A DNA stretch of 62,947 bases, the filler included, from Diploschistes diacapsis (Eukaryota), in NCBI GenBank assembly GCA_023645945.1. It is 22 parts of 22 records of this genome, joined end to end, with 100 filler letters (N's around TTAATTAATTAA, not from the genome) between each part and the next. Parts side by side here need not be neighbours in the genome. Positions count along the whole stretch, not along the records: positions 1 to 19,102 come from JALAIB010000382.1; 21 more parts are not named here. One strand, written 5' to 3'. Position 1 is the stretch's first letter. Each line of letters begins with the position of its first letter. The notes under the pieces are model-generated. The model was not told where the DNA came from and made no database searches. It saw only the letters and a program-made list of their open reading frames with translations. Both the position numbers and the translations under genes were made by a program. Below are positions 1 to 11,993 of this stretch, in pieces.

Positions 1-878
1 CTCCTGCCACCCCCCCACACCCCCTCGGGATCATCCACGAGCCAGCGACTGCCCGAGTTCGCGAACTCCACCGGCTTCCTCCAGTAGAGCTCCTCGCCCG
101 ACGCCTCGACCGTCTCGCCCGCGGCATCCTCCCTCGCCAGAAGCTCGTCGTAGGCGCGGAGCACGCTGCGCATGGGGGTCAGGTGGCCCGCGGCGGCGAC
201 GGCGTCGCGCGTCGAGCCGGGCGGCAGGCCGGTGCTGACGAAGGCCGGCAGGATGGCGTTGACGGCGACGTCGTCCTCGAGCAGGAAGCGCGGGCCGGCG
301 CCGCGCACGAGGCCGACCACGCCGTGCTTGGTGGCGCAGTACAGGGGCTGGAAGGGGAACGGGTAGATGCCCGTTATCGACGACGTGGCGACGAATTTCT
401 TCTGCCGCCACGCCCTCTGGGCCTGCGCGGCAGGGCGTCGCTCGGCGCGCTCCTTGCGCGCGTAGTGCACCATCAGCTTGAGCCCGTGCACCACCGCGCC
501 GAGGTTCACGTCGATGGTGTGCAGGTTCGGCGCCGTCGGCTCGGCCGACGTGGGCGACACGGCGTGCAGGGCCTCGCTGTCGACTATGCCGGCGTTGGCG
601 GCGACGAAGTCGATGTGCCCGCCGTGGGCGTAGGCCGTTTTGAAGAGGGACGCTTGCGAGGGCCAGGAGGAGACGTCGGTGTGGACGAAGGTTGGAGCGT
701 CGGCGGTGGAGCCGGTGGTGGTGGTGGGGATGGAGGCGGCGGCGTCGGGGCCCTGGGGCGAGATGTCGGCCATGAAGACTTTCCAGCCTAGGGAGTAGAG
801 ATGGCTGGATAGAGCGAGGCCGATGCCGGAGGCGGCGCCGGTTACGATGGCTACGGGAGGTTCGGAAGTGGAGGCCAT
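1..878 (-). CDS. Classical short-chain dehydrogenase/reductase (15-hydroxyprostaglandin dehydrogenase-like), 3' end runs off the window
   Basis: The ATG at 878 opens one uninterrupted frame to base 1, so it has no stop and is absent from the ORF track. Motifs: VAIVTGAASGIG (TGxxxGxG), FVAANAGI, VNL, ATSS and catalytic YCATK (YxxxK), then VNAILPAFVST. Confidence 0.92.
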   Translation of the reverse strand, partial: MASTSEPPVAIVTGAASGIGLALSSHLYSLGWKVFMADISPQGPDAAASIPTTTTGSTADAPTFVHTDVSSWPSQASLFKTAYAHGGHIDFVAANAGIVDSEALHAVSPTSAEPTAPNLHTIDVNLGAVVHGLKLMVHYARKERAERRPAAQAQRAWRQKKFVATSSITGIYPFPFQPLYCATKHGVVGLVRGAGPRFLLEDDVAVNAILPAFVSTGLPPGSTRDAVAAAGHLTPMRSVLRAYDELLAREDAAGETVEASGEELYWRKPVEFANSGSRWLVDDPEGVWGGGR

Positions 879-1089
879 TGCGGGTGGGCTTTTTGGTCTA
901 GGCTGCGGTGTTGAACTCGATGTCAAGGCGGCTTGGAGATATGGTCGAGCAAAGGGCCAGGAAACATGGAAAGTGGTAATGCCATGCTATCGAAGCATTC
1001 TCTAGGCGTCTGCGGGGTGTAAGTGCGGGGCAAGTGTGGGGTATTGCACTTCCAGCAAGCAGAGAGAATTTAAGACATCTTTACAGTGG

Positions 1090-2976
1090 TCCTTGATCGT
1101 TATCCGTGAGTGCGCACAGTATTATTAGGAGAGATGTGACCAATGCACCAGTTCCCTCATGTTGTTGCCGGCCTTGCTGACTAATATTCTGTTGACGGTA
1201 CAAGAAAGTTCTTGTGGACGAATAAAAAAAACGGGGCGTCAGCAGGGTCGATGATCTATACCACGTCTTCTTATTTCGAGAGGAGCAGCAACGGGATTAT
1301 GTTGCTGCGGTATCCTCGTGGCTTCGTATTTTGGTTGCCGACCGGTCTCAATGTTTGAGACACAGTTATGGGTTAAAGACGAGAATGAGGCTCGTAAGCC
1401 TGCCGGCCATCCAGCGGCTGCGGAAATATGGTAGTGAAGCCTAGGACGTAAACAAGAATATGGACTGGACGGACGATGGAGCTACACTTATCAAGTTGGA
1501 TTGTGATCTTGATACAGATGACAATGCTAGTACGTATTACAGTAACAATAGTGATAGCAGAACCGACGATGGCGTTGATGCACGTTGCTTTAATTATTGC
1601 TTCTAACCGCATTCCCGGGGCGCCTATTATCTCATTCGCCAGGGTCATTTCCATTCATACAACAGGAGAAGATAATCGACCCGGGAGTAAAATCTCTCCT
1701 TAACCCTGTGCAACTTTGATATCGTCGCTAAACTATTTTGGAACAGGAAGACTTTTTCTCGAGCGAGAAGATGACTCTCTCCTTTGCCTTCTCGACCAAT
1801 TATTTTCCATGGAATATCAGCCATATATTTGGCGCCAAGGTGCCCTCTGGGAAGAAAAGTCTCCACTTAAAAATGAAACGTAAAGTCCTCGATATTCCGG
1901 TCTTCGTGAGCCCGGACAAATCCTAGATGGGTATCGCACATCGCCAAGGCAGCCTTTGCGATCGGGTACATAGCTTCGTTATCTTCGATAACTGGGTCGA
2001 AACTCCGGGCTGGAGCACTCCTTCACGCAGTATTGTGCACGACGGGGCTTAGTCAACGCCGTTAACAGTAAGTCGGCCCTCCCACCAATGCGACCCCGAT
2101 ACTAACAACCGAGATTACCGCAGACAAAGCGCCATCATCCATCCGGGACCAGGTATTCGATCACCAGGCTAACGCGGTCCGATACTATCTAGATCTGGAC
2201 GTTCGATTCAATACGCAAACAGCCTTTTTGGGCCGTCCTGTCGTGCACAAGTTGGCCAGACTCATTACATTGACCGTCAACCTCGACGCCCGGATAAATT
2301 GTCCGACAATCTGTCAAAGAAATTGGCAACAACAAGCGAGTATTTCAGCTCGGTCGCACGAGCAAAGAGCTTTCCCAAAAAAATCAAGGAGAAATATCAA
2401 TTCGTCCGGCTGACTCCTCCCAATGATCCGCTGCTTTAGCAAAAGAAAGAGGCGGATGCCGCCTTTCACCGAGAAAAATCCAATCGTCGAAACCGGATGA
2501 TCGAAAAGGCCCGGAAGCGGCATTTTCGAAACGCTGACACGGCAACCCTCGAGGCTCAGTTTCTCGATTCATTCCATTGCATTGTCCGATGAAGATGTTA
2601 AGCCCCGGCAACGCTTCGATACGAAATTCCTAAGCGAAGTGACATTGTCCTGTTGACCTGCAAGCCGATTACGGACCTTACGGATGACGAGAAGCAGACA
2701 CAGAGAATCTAGGCCCTTCGAACCCGGGTAGCATTGTGTGGTCGACAAGAGAGCCGACGCTCTAGTCAAAGACGGTCAATTGATCAGTCGCGCGGATTGA
2801 TAACGCCGACGAAAGGGTCCTTTGAGAGCTCTGAAGAGGACAAGATAGAACATTTTCCACTGGTGTGCAAGCCCACGCAGTATATCTTCTGCCTTGGCGA
2901 CGAACGCAAGTCTTACGAAGGGTGGACGTTTAGGTATGCTCGGCTCAACAAGATGATGGATGAGGTCGAGAGGTAA
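1090..2976 (+). pseudogene. DUF3435 tyrosine recombinase (Starship 'captain') pseudogene, copy 1
   Basis: Manual translation across frameshifts and stops gives VDDLYH, IASNRIPGAPIISFARVISIHTTGEDNRP, LDIPVF, LRYLR*LGRNSGLEHSFTQYCARRGLVNAVN, an intron at 2068-2123, NKAPSSIRDQVFDHQANAVRYYLDLDVRFNTQTAFLGRP, and a C-terminal FPLVCKPTQYIFCLGDERKSYEGWTFRYARLNKMMDEVER. These match DUF3435 motifs as I recall them. The N-terminus appears to be missing. Confidence 0.85.
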
Positions 2977-3280
2977 TCTTTCTCACACCCCTGTTGCTTA
3001 TTTAATATCCCTTGTGTTGTTGGTCTTCCACCTGTTTTCTGAATGGCGTGTGTTCATGATGGGTGAGTAATCGGTACTCTCTGAGTGTGCGTACCTCCCA
3101 AGTGTCACTCTCAAGCGTGCATACCTTTCCGAATCCCTATTGCGGGGCTCACAGATCTGTATTGGATTTGGTTGTGCACTCATATCCCTTTGATTTAGGA
3201 ATTATAGACGGACCTCATCAGCCCATCCCCGAAACTCAACCACAAGTTCCTATTGCATTACAGATGCTGTTCCAGACAAT

Positions 3281-3994
3281 TCACCAGCATTCGATCAGAA
3301 ATACACTCAAGAACTTGTTCTTCTTCGCCTCATCCAAGGGATATCTCATTTTCCGATTCTTTTTCATGAACGCCGCCAAATCGCTTCTGGAACCAAAACG
3401 GTGCGGGATTTTCCCGGTCTCTTTCGCATGAAGTAAATGATAGATGTTGATGTACACGTTTTTTAGTGCCTAATAAGACAGAAGGACATGTCAGCATCAG
3501 TACGACCAACAAGTTTCCGGCCGGGCAGATTGCTGGGAAAGCTGTACCTTTTTACACTGCTTGATAGATGGTGGTACCGGATTGATTCCACAGTCCTGAC
3601 AAAGCGTCTGCCATTTCTCTAGGACACTGTCGTTACTGCCATAATGTGTGGCAAACTGGGTGGCAACCCTTTGAATTTTTGCACTTCTCTTGGTAGTTCT
3701 TCCCTTAAGGTCAAGGCTTTGAAGCGCGCCCATCAAAGACGAAATATCGGCATCATCCATGGCATACTGAGCTCTAATGTAACCTTCTTCCTTGTCGATG
3801 TTGCAGCCAACAGGAACATCTGGGCCAAAACACTGGTACCAAGCTTTCTCAAATTTCTGGCTATTCGACCCCTGTTTCCATTTACGATTCTCCGCCAAAC
3901 GATGAAACTCGGTATAAAGGGTGGCGCGAGGCTCAAAACCATAATCATATTGTTGAAAGAACACCGCTCTGGTCGATGCTAATATGGGTTCCAT
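3281..3994 (-). CDS. Uncharacterised conserved fungal protein (WQxLCxxxGI..PxSIxxCKK..VNI family), 2 exons
   Basis: ATG at 3994, exon 1 3994-3548, intron 3547-3470 (GTACAG..CTGAC..TAG), exon 2 3469-3281 in frame to TGA. Reads FATHYGSNDSVLEKWQTLCQDCGINPVPPSIKQCKK|ALKNVYINIYHLL...YPLDEAKKNKFLSVFLIECW. Confidence 0.8.
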
Positions 3995-4499
3995 AATCGA
4001 TGCGGTAGGTTTTAGGAAATACAAAGTTTCTGACTGCCGGATTCCGAACCAATGCAAGGAGACCCCGCAGCTAGTTATTCAGGAAGATTATTAATAAAGT
4101 GGGATCAATAATGGACCGGGAAATGTGTAACTAACAACTTCCCCCAAACGGAGGACGTATCATTTTTGCTATGCTTTAGAGACTTGGTCCCGGCTGCATC
4201 TGCAACGCAGACTTCAGGAAGCGGAATTTGTTTCAAACTTTTCAAAGAAAGTCGCCCATTGTACGAGATAGGTGCGGTAAAGCGAAGGTGGCGGGCTGAA
4301 GCTATGGATCCCTCGAGGGCATATAGCATATCTCTCTTCTCGTCTCCGTTGCTGCCTCCTTGTCAATTGTACAAAGTTAACATGATGGATTTGCTCCAAT
4401 CGCAGACGATAGGATCCTGAACCCCATCACTAGTTAAGACCATTGCCACCTACAGACGTCTCCGCTGAAATTTCAATAACTCAGACGACATCATAGGTG

Positions 4500-6125
4500 C
4501 TCAGAGTACTAGTTCCCCGGCAGAGCTTGATACAACCTCATCTCTCGAAGGTCTACAGAGCGATGAGCAGCATCGTGTACTAAACATTTGTCGACCAACT
4601 TCGTAAATCTGGGCTCGAAAGTATTGGAGCTTCGAAGAAGGGCCGAGTTCGTTCGCAGAACGCAACATGTCTGAGGCCCTATACTTCCGAAGATCCATTT
4701 TCAAAACCCTACCTCCGGAGGGTGTCGGTATAGACGCTTTAAGAGTTCGTCTCAGTCAACTGCTGTTCACAAACGTAGAACACGAACTGTCCAAGCTGCG
4801 AGAAGACTTAGAAACAACCTTGACCGATTCCAAAAACCGGTTGAACACCATGGGCAAACGCCGAGCAACACCGGAAGAATGCAAAGCATATTTGTCACAG
4901 CACAGCCTTAACCTTTATGGGACTTGCAAAGCAGCAGTGGGTAAGTGACTATGAGGGTGAGTACTTCAACCACCGAATCGACAAGGCTTTCTTGATCAAT
5001 TCTTCGGCCACCATTCGCAGACTACTTGCAGTCATCCAAGAAATGTACACCACATTTTCCGATAACCTTCGTAAGAGAGGCCATAAGTATCATATCGATC
5101 GTTTACAGGCATTAACAGGAGTCGGGGATGTACTGAAAATAACGAGCTCAAAATTCGCCGACGATGACGTTTTTGAGGTTGAAGCGGCAGGCGTTGATTC
5201 TGTATCGGTCCAGCCAGCGGACCTCGACAGAACTCCACAAACTGGCATTCCGACCAAACTTATCCTACTCAAAAACGATTGAATGGGTCACCCAAGTGCT
5301 TAAGAGAACTCGTGGAAGAGAGCTCACCGGGAACTTTAACCCCCTTCTCGTTGGCGAGCTCTTTTGGGAACAGAGTTCAAAATGGCAGTCCCTCGTAATG
5401 GAGCATGTTGAAAACCGTTGCGCACGTTCGCAGCCAATTCCTTGCCACTCTACTCCAGGAAAAGTCTCCCAACGACACTCGTTCTCGCCTTTGGTTGTCT
5501 CTTATTCAAGATGCTCTGAAAATGCAGGCATGATGCTGTCTGTCAAGGAGCTTGAATCGATCATGATGGATATCAAGAGCTATCCAGTCAACTACAATCA
5601 TTATTACACCAACACGGTCATCAAGCGGCGTCAAGCTAGAGGAAAGAAAGCTCTCAACTAGTATATCGCAGGTGCCACCGACCATACGCGTCTCCCAGAG
5701 TGCAACTCCAACCACTTGTCCGCCAGTATCGACGTTGATCAAGCTATAGAGCATTACTCCCAACGCATTGACCCCAACATGGAGAGACACAGCTGCGAAG
5801 AGGCTCTTGACTGCTTGTTCGCCAGCTATAAAGCGAGCCAGAACCCAACACTTTTTGGTCCTTTCCTTGGGCGAATACATTCGTCTTTAGGTCTCGTAGA
5901 AAAATCTTATCGCTAATATTACAACCCACATCGTTCGCAACCTGGAGGAGATATTCTCACCCGTCGTGGTCGATGCGCTCTCAGACCTCGAGACTGAGGC
6001 CATTGCGTCGGAAGTTGCCAGGGCCCGGAGGCAGAGAAAATATGTTGGAGGATAGGATCGGGATATTGAATGAGGGGCATATTGTTCTTCGAGATGTTAT
6101 CAGGAGCGCTTCCTTCTCGGTTTAG
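4500..6125 (+). pseudogene. Dynamin-family (Mx/Vps1-like) GTPase pseudogene with the GTPase domain deleted
   Basis: N-terminal LEGLQSDEQHRVLN..DQLRKSGLESI jumps directly to post-GTPase GVGIDALRVRLSQLLF..ELSKLRED, then TRGRELTGNFNPLLVGELFWEQSSKW, YPVNYNHYYT and GED-like IVRNLEEIFSPVVV. Several frameshifts and stops. Confidence 0.8.
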
Positions 6126-7523
6126 ATTCTGGCCAATAGACCAATCGTTTGAATCTTTGCATAAATTTGATCTCATGCTCAGGTTGTCATACTTGGTAAA
6201 GTGAAAGCCTTCGAAGGTAGAGGGAGATGGACGGTGACATCCACAAGCTTGAGACATGGTGCCGTTCGTAAACCGGCGCCCGCAGCCTCTGCTTCAATTA
6301 CCGCAATACTCGGTCGAGCGAGCAGCAACTTCGATCAGGCTAAAAAGGCTGTGATAAACAGTCAGTCGACGTGTTAGTAGAATACAGGAGGAGTTGGGAG
6401 AAGTAGCTCATCGGGGAGGCATGGGAAAGGAAAGGCAAAAGTTCAGGATGCATGCCAAGCCACACCTTACCCCAACGTGGCGGCCGTTTTGATAGAATCG
6501 GCTTGCTTTTCACCATGGTTCGGCATTGATGTCTGTCCTGTCCAGATTAGCAGCGACCATGGAAGAGGTGTGGAGGCCTTTTCTCGCAGGACCCAAGATC
6601 TTCATGGGCACTATTTAAACACACGACCAGGTGAAATCCGAACCCCAACACCCGCGTCACTTCCGCCTTTTTCGAGGGCCGAAGAAGCAAGCACCCCGGA
6701 AGAAATCAGTCCTTATCCATTACACTATGCCATGTATCGTATTCCCCAATTTTGTACTCTTCCCCGTTTTCTTCGGTCGCCTCCTCTAACTTCTTTACAG
6801 CCTTTGTGTCCAAGCGATAGTGTATCCACAGGTCCTCAACCACAGTGTGGACTCCCCATCTAGCCAGGGACTTCAGTTGACCCAACTCCTTCCCACAAAC
6901 ATGCCGTGCGGCTATGATCAGCGGCCGCAGCGTGTTGAGAGGAGGTGGGTGCCCGAATTGGAGCCCAAGAGATTCTGCAAAATCGTGTTGATACGCATCT
7001 AGAAGAGGAGCAAGAGGTTAGGACATACCCATGGAGCGGAACGAGACACCAATTGGATGGCTTTGACCTCAATTTCCTACTGCCACCCCTGGTACCTCCG
7101 AGTCCTCCTTTTCCATTCCTTGCGACGACGTAGCGGGGCACGCTTATCCATGAAACAACATCCAGTTAACCAGAAACCCTCCGAATCCCCCGAAGTCTGC
7201 ACACTTCCGAGGAACTGCTTTAGAGTGTACAACAAGGCCTCTTCACTTTAGCAGAGAAAGGGAAGTTTTCGCCATTTAAATGGCAGATTCTATAACTACA
7301 CCCAAGCAAGGTGTCACGCAACCGACACAACCATCCAATAGAATTTCTTAGTGCCAGTGCGGCAAAGGGATACTGGTAAAGTATGCACTCTGCATCCGTG
7401 CTGTCGCTGTCTTATATTAACGACGCTCGACGGACCGCATTGGCACCGTTGCTACTACAGCCTTCTTCCCTTGGAAACACATCGTAGACTTCCCTCTTTG
7501 TATTAGCCACTAAGTCATCTGTA

Positions 7524-7646
7524 TTGACTCAAACGGATGTTATGATCATGGACACTGCCACCACCCTTCTGTCTTTCCTCGATAACCTCATCAGCATCGC
7601 TGACGATCCTCCCTCGCTGTACCTCGACTCGGAAGGAGTTAATCTG
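7524..7646 (+). pseudogene. N-terminal fragment of a fungal 3'-5' (DEDDy-type) exonuclease-domain protein
   Basis: DTATTLLSFLDNLISIADDPPSLYLDSEGVNL resembles the ExoI motif PPSLYxDxEGVNL. Similarity stops immediately afterwards. Confidence 0.55.
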
Positions 7647-8764
7647 TACCCCATGCCGTCCAGAAACGATTTGCTGTCTCTAAATCACTATCGGCCTTCG
7701 AAAACTAGCGTATAGCCTCTGAAGGACGGCATTGCTCCACGCTTTATTATCCTGCTCTTTCAACCCGTTTCAGCGGAGAACGTCGATGTGACTCGCAACA
7801 AGTGTCAGGAAATCAGAACGCGTAGCTGTTGTCGCGCTGCATTGGGCCCGGGGCATCAATCAGACGTGGCCAGGTCTATGCGCCCAGATCGGCCATTGCG
7901 AACCGAAGAAGGTTAATAATGCTAGGATAGCAGCGTGCATGCTTAATGTGGCGAGCCAGTTGCATCGGGAAATCTGCTTTGGTGCAAGGACACAACATCT
8001 CCCATTGCACATAGATAAGATGGCGACATGATGTCTAACAGCAAGTCAGTAGATATCGGGCGTAGTTTTCCACGAAATCAGAAATGTGCGAAGCTTCCCG
8101 TAACCACGGTGCGGATCAGCCGGCTAATCTAGATGGTGGCGTCAAGTAGGCCTAACCACCGATTATGCTTCTCACGTCCCACATAGCTGCATTGATCTCC
8201 TACGAGCTCAACCTGACCTCACGATGGCAGTCGCGGGTGCTTTGACTTGCGGATGAACATTGCAATCCGTAGGTGTGCAATGTCTCAACGGACACTTTCC
8301 CCAAGATGGAGATCACATGACCTGGCTTGGCTCCAATTATCCCATGGTTGCTTCCAGGAGAAACCGTGTCTCCGGTACACTCCTTTCAATGGACAGACTA
8401 CCTCTGCCATGTCTCGGTGGAAGGTGACTAACGCAACAACTTGCCTTGGACTCTTTTCCCTGCATTCTACCTATGTGCTGGTGAGGACTCAGTATATCTC
8501 AAAAGGACATTTCGCTTCAAACGCGGTCCCCACCGCATCGGCTTTTGGCTCCGACAGGCAGCTGATATCCTGCGCACATCAGCGCTATCGGGTAAGGGAT
8601 TATACAAAGGCTGGAGCAATGCGGTCTTGCTACTGAAAGTGACCTCGCAATCCACGTTCCACGTTCCAGTATTTCATGGACCAGCTTTCTAGGGAAATCA
8701 TATGGAATACATTGCAACCGATCCTTTGCCGAGACTATCTTTTCAATAGCTGAAGTAAATCCCG

Positions 8765-9128
8765 AGCGAACAACGCCTTCAGAAGTTTGCCAATGCCGCC
8801 CAAAACGCCTCGCTAGGGGTGGCATCCGTCTCAATGAGAAATGGCTGTTGTTCGAGCAGGGCAACGAAAGCAGTTGTCGCTAATCGACGAGACTAACGGT
8901 AGTGGAGAAGGCGAAAGTGATGAGATTGCTAGGACATTGTGAACGCACAAGCGAAACGCGATACGAAAGAAGCTGCCGTGGTCAAAGGAGAGCCTGGTCG
9001 GAAGCGTAAAAGCTCTGAACCAGTAACGGCGCAGGGCCCAAGCGCACGGAGGATTGAGGTAGAGGTTGCTCTGCGAGGAAATCGAACTGGAGCGAATGAG
9101 AGATTATTGCTCTGTGCTGCAGTCTTGA
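8765..9128 (+). mobile_element. pogo/Fot1-type transposase C-terminal remnant
   Basis: Frameshifted RLQKFANAAQ..LLFEQGNESSCR*STRLTVVEKAKVM..AQAKRDTKEAAVVKGEPGRKRKSS..EVEVA..DYCSVLQS*, which resembles a fungal pogo tail. Confidence 0.65.
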
Positions 9129-11025
9129 TAGTACTTACTTTGGTTCTGCATACTGGAAAAGACAAAAAAGTTCGCATTCTCTCACAGCGATCTGTTGCAG
9201 CCAGCAAACTGACAGTGACTTGTCATTAACAAATATCTTCCATATTCTTTTCAAGGATTGTATTGTAGTTCTCTTGTATTTTCTCTCTCTCGCTACCACT
9301 GTATTCTGCCAGGTAGTCGTACCTATCTCTTGCATCCAATTGATCCCAGTATTTGTTCCTGGCGTCTCTTTCGGTCTGCTATCGATCAGACTAGTCCAAG
9401 TAAAGCCGTGTTAGAAAACTTGCCTTCCTCGACTTCTGCGTGGTTTCTACTTTTGACAATTGCCTCGTTGGGAACAGGATGGAGGCAGAGAAAAGTTCCC
9501 CGAATATGTTGTATAGCGCTGCTCGGGAAGTTCAGATCGAGCTCTTTATTAAATCGCTAAGCTTAAAGAAGCGGTACATGCTCCTCATTATGGTCGTATC
9601 AAATGACATGTGGAGACTAATCGCGCTCTGGGCTTTTACGTCCTCTCCAAGACTGCTCGAGAATCCCAGTTTTCGGCGTGCTCGCGATCTGACATGGGAG
9701 AGATAATCGGCAACTCCACGTGAATTGGTTTTCTATATCTAGCTTGTTGGAATGTTATCAATTCGTAAGTACCATAACTTTCATCATATCCGCAGCAACG
9801 AAACCATCCAGGCTAGAGAAGGTTGTGCTGCTTACTAGATAGTGAAGTCGATAAACGTCATCAGGAGGTCAAACTCGGAACATATGTATACGTTCATGGT
9901 GATATCCTTCTATCCCGAGATAGAGAGACCACTTTCTGCTGTCTGTCTGCACTTCAATTCTCGGATAACCGTTGCGAGGCACCCAGAGGGATTCTTGAAA
10001 GCTTTCCATCACAAGAAGCTGAGCTGCATCACAGCTGACTTCGTGTCACCTGTCTATTGGGTAGCAGCAAAGTATTGTGGTTACACAGCATATCTGCCAT
10101 GTCAATGTCCAATGTGGACTGTTCAACTCACCCGCCCAAGGCGGTTGTGCTGTTCACCGATCATTTCTCCTATGCTCAATTGAAAGTCAAACTAACACGT
10201 TCATGACACTCCTAATACTATGAGTCTCCGTTGCGTACTTTGCGCTGGATCTTTCGACCGAATTACCCTATTATACTTATATCGAATATTTGCCGCAAAA
10301 CATCCCACTTGGGAAAAAAAACCCAATGACACTTTTAAGTATTGCCACACAAGCATCTTTTTGTTCACTAACACAAGCATTTGTACGGCGCTGGATTCGA
10401 AAGCCGTATTAGGGTCAGGCCAGGATGCCGAGCCTGGAGTGAAGAATATTCAGTGATAAACAGTGGGCACGACTTTCAAAAGGTTCCGCCAGCAGTCGTC
10501 TTAGCCATTCAACCAGATTGCCCACTTATCTGTTTGAAGAATCAATATCTTATATTAATCTACTCGGGCTAACGGTAGTGATCCGATCCCCGGATAATTC
10601 CTTAAATTCAACTACAGCTGGACTGCGCCCAACCATCCGTTTTGCCTGTCTACTCAACAGATATTATCAGTAACATAAGTTCATATAAGATATATGATTA
10701 CTAAGAAAAGGGTTTGAGGAAATATATATATCTATTATATAAAATCTAAGTCGGCGTCTGCGTAGTCTAATTGACAACCTTACGAGGTCTGTATGGACAA
10801 AACGGGGGAACAGGTGATGCTCCCAAATCTTCCCAGGTCCCGGGCCCTAATCGCTAAGCTTTCGCTTTTTAAGAAAAACGCGGTTGCACTGGAGCCTTCC
10901 CCCTCTCTTCGCTGCTCACTTTCTCCGGCTATCACTTGGCCATGTAAACTCCAAGCAGGCTTAATATTAGCATACGCCGAATCAGCTTGCTCTAGATTAA
11001 CAACCAACAAACTGGGTATACTACA

Positions 11026-11430
11026 ATGACATCCAACCTATCCGTTTGGGAAGAGCTGTGTGGAGCTAGTCACGTGGGTTTCGATGCAGATGCGGTCATT
11101 CCCCTTCAGCGTTGGCGAGTCCTCAGCGAGACTGACATTTACGAAACGTTATGCGATAGTACTGTACTTGCATTAAGCACGTACCCTACACGGAAGGAAC
11201 TGGACTCATGGTGCGAAATGAGATCAAGTTGTTGAAGAAGCTGCGCCATAAGCATATCATCAAGTTTGTAGGGACGTACACGTATCGGGAGTGTCTCGGG
11301 TTATTCTACTGGCCCGTTGCTCTTTCCCACCTCGCCACATTCTTGGAAGATATTAAAAAGCTTAAAGAACAGGTTGAGGAACAGCATACTGCAGCAATGG
11401 AAGATATCATATCCTCGGTGGGCCGTGTTA
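11026..11430 (+). pseudogene. Ser/Thr protein kinase N-lobe fragment (HET-associated fungal kinase type)
   Basis: SHVGFDADAVIPL..IYETLC, a frameshift, then RNEIKLLKKLRHKHIIKFVGTYTYRECLGLFYWPVALSHLATFLED (subdomains III-V). No catalytic loop is present before the AT-rich TE nest. Confidence 0.7.
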
Positions 11431-11833
11431 ACCTAGATCGCCAGTGTTGTGTAAAGTTGATATCTGGCGGGAAATCTACAACAAATTGTGATTGTAAATA
11501 ATCCGTATAGAATTTATTTTAATCTTTTTCTAAATTATAAATATTAAAAATATAGCAGCGAGATAGAACAAGATGTTCGGTTTAGAAAGGAGTAGAGAGA
11601 AGCAGGAATCCAGAGAACAGAAGATTAGGGATATGGATGTGATTTTAATTTCTAGAAGACTCGGTTGAAAACGAGTAGCGCTTTTTAATTACTTTATTTC
11701 AAAACGAGCTGAATGCGATATTAAAATAAGTATATATCTTAGCAATACGATTTAAAAAGTATTATTTATTTTTAAAACCGGGGAGTCGTAGAGCGTTATT
11801 TGTTTTTAATATATTAGAAACGTTAATTTAAAG

Positions 11834-11993
11834 TAGGCTGGCCGTTTCGTGCCACGGTCACTAACACGGACACTATAACAAAATTTTTTAAAACACGGAC
11901 ACTGACACGGACATCGTAATTAAAAAATTTAAAACACGAATATTAATACGGATATTATATGTCCGTGAATTCACTGACACGGACATTATATTA
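11834..11993. mobile_element. MITE family 'TAGGCTGGCCGT', one end only, interrupted by an LTR
   Basis: Terminal TAGGCTGGCCGT plus ACACGGACAC arrays, matching the copies at 50740, 52856, 55929 and 62727. Confidence 0.75.

Larger units (their letters stand above)
1085..11500 (+). mobile_element. Putative degraded Starship giant transposon 1 (boundaries approximate)
   Basis: A captain pseudogene at the left edge is followed by about 8 kb of accessory genes and fragments, lying between conserved host genes (SDR, MIR1). No terminal direct repeats could be identified. Confidence 0.55.

Noticed and set aside
31..791. ORFs 31-411, 172-366 and 183-791
   Set aside because: They are alternative-frame or antisense shadows of the GC-rich SDR gene.
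1081..1092. TTAC as the Starship target-site repeat
   Set aside because: It does not fit TTAC-N7-A (base 1092 is C), the captain 5' end appears deleted, and no partner repeat was found.
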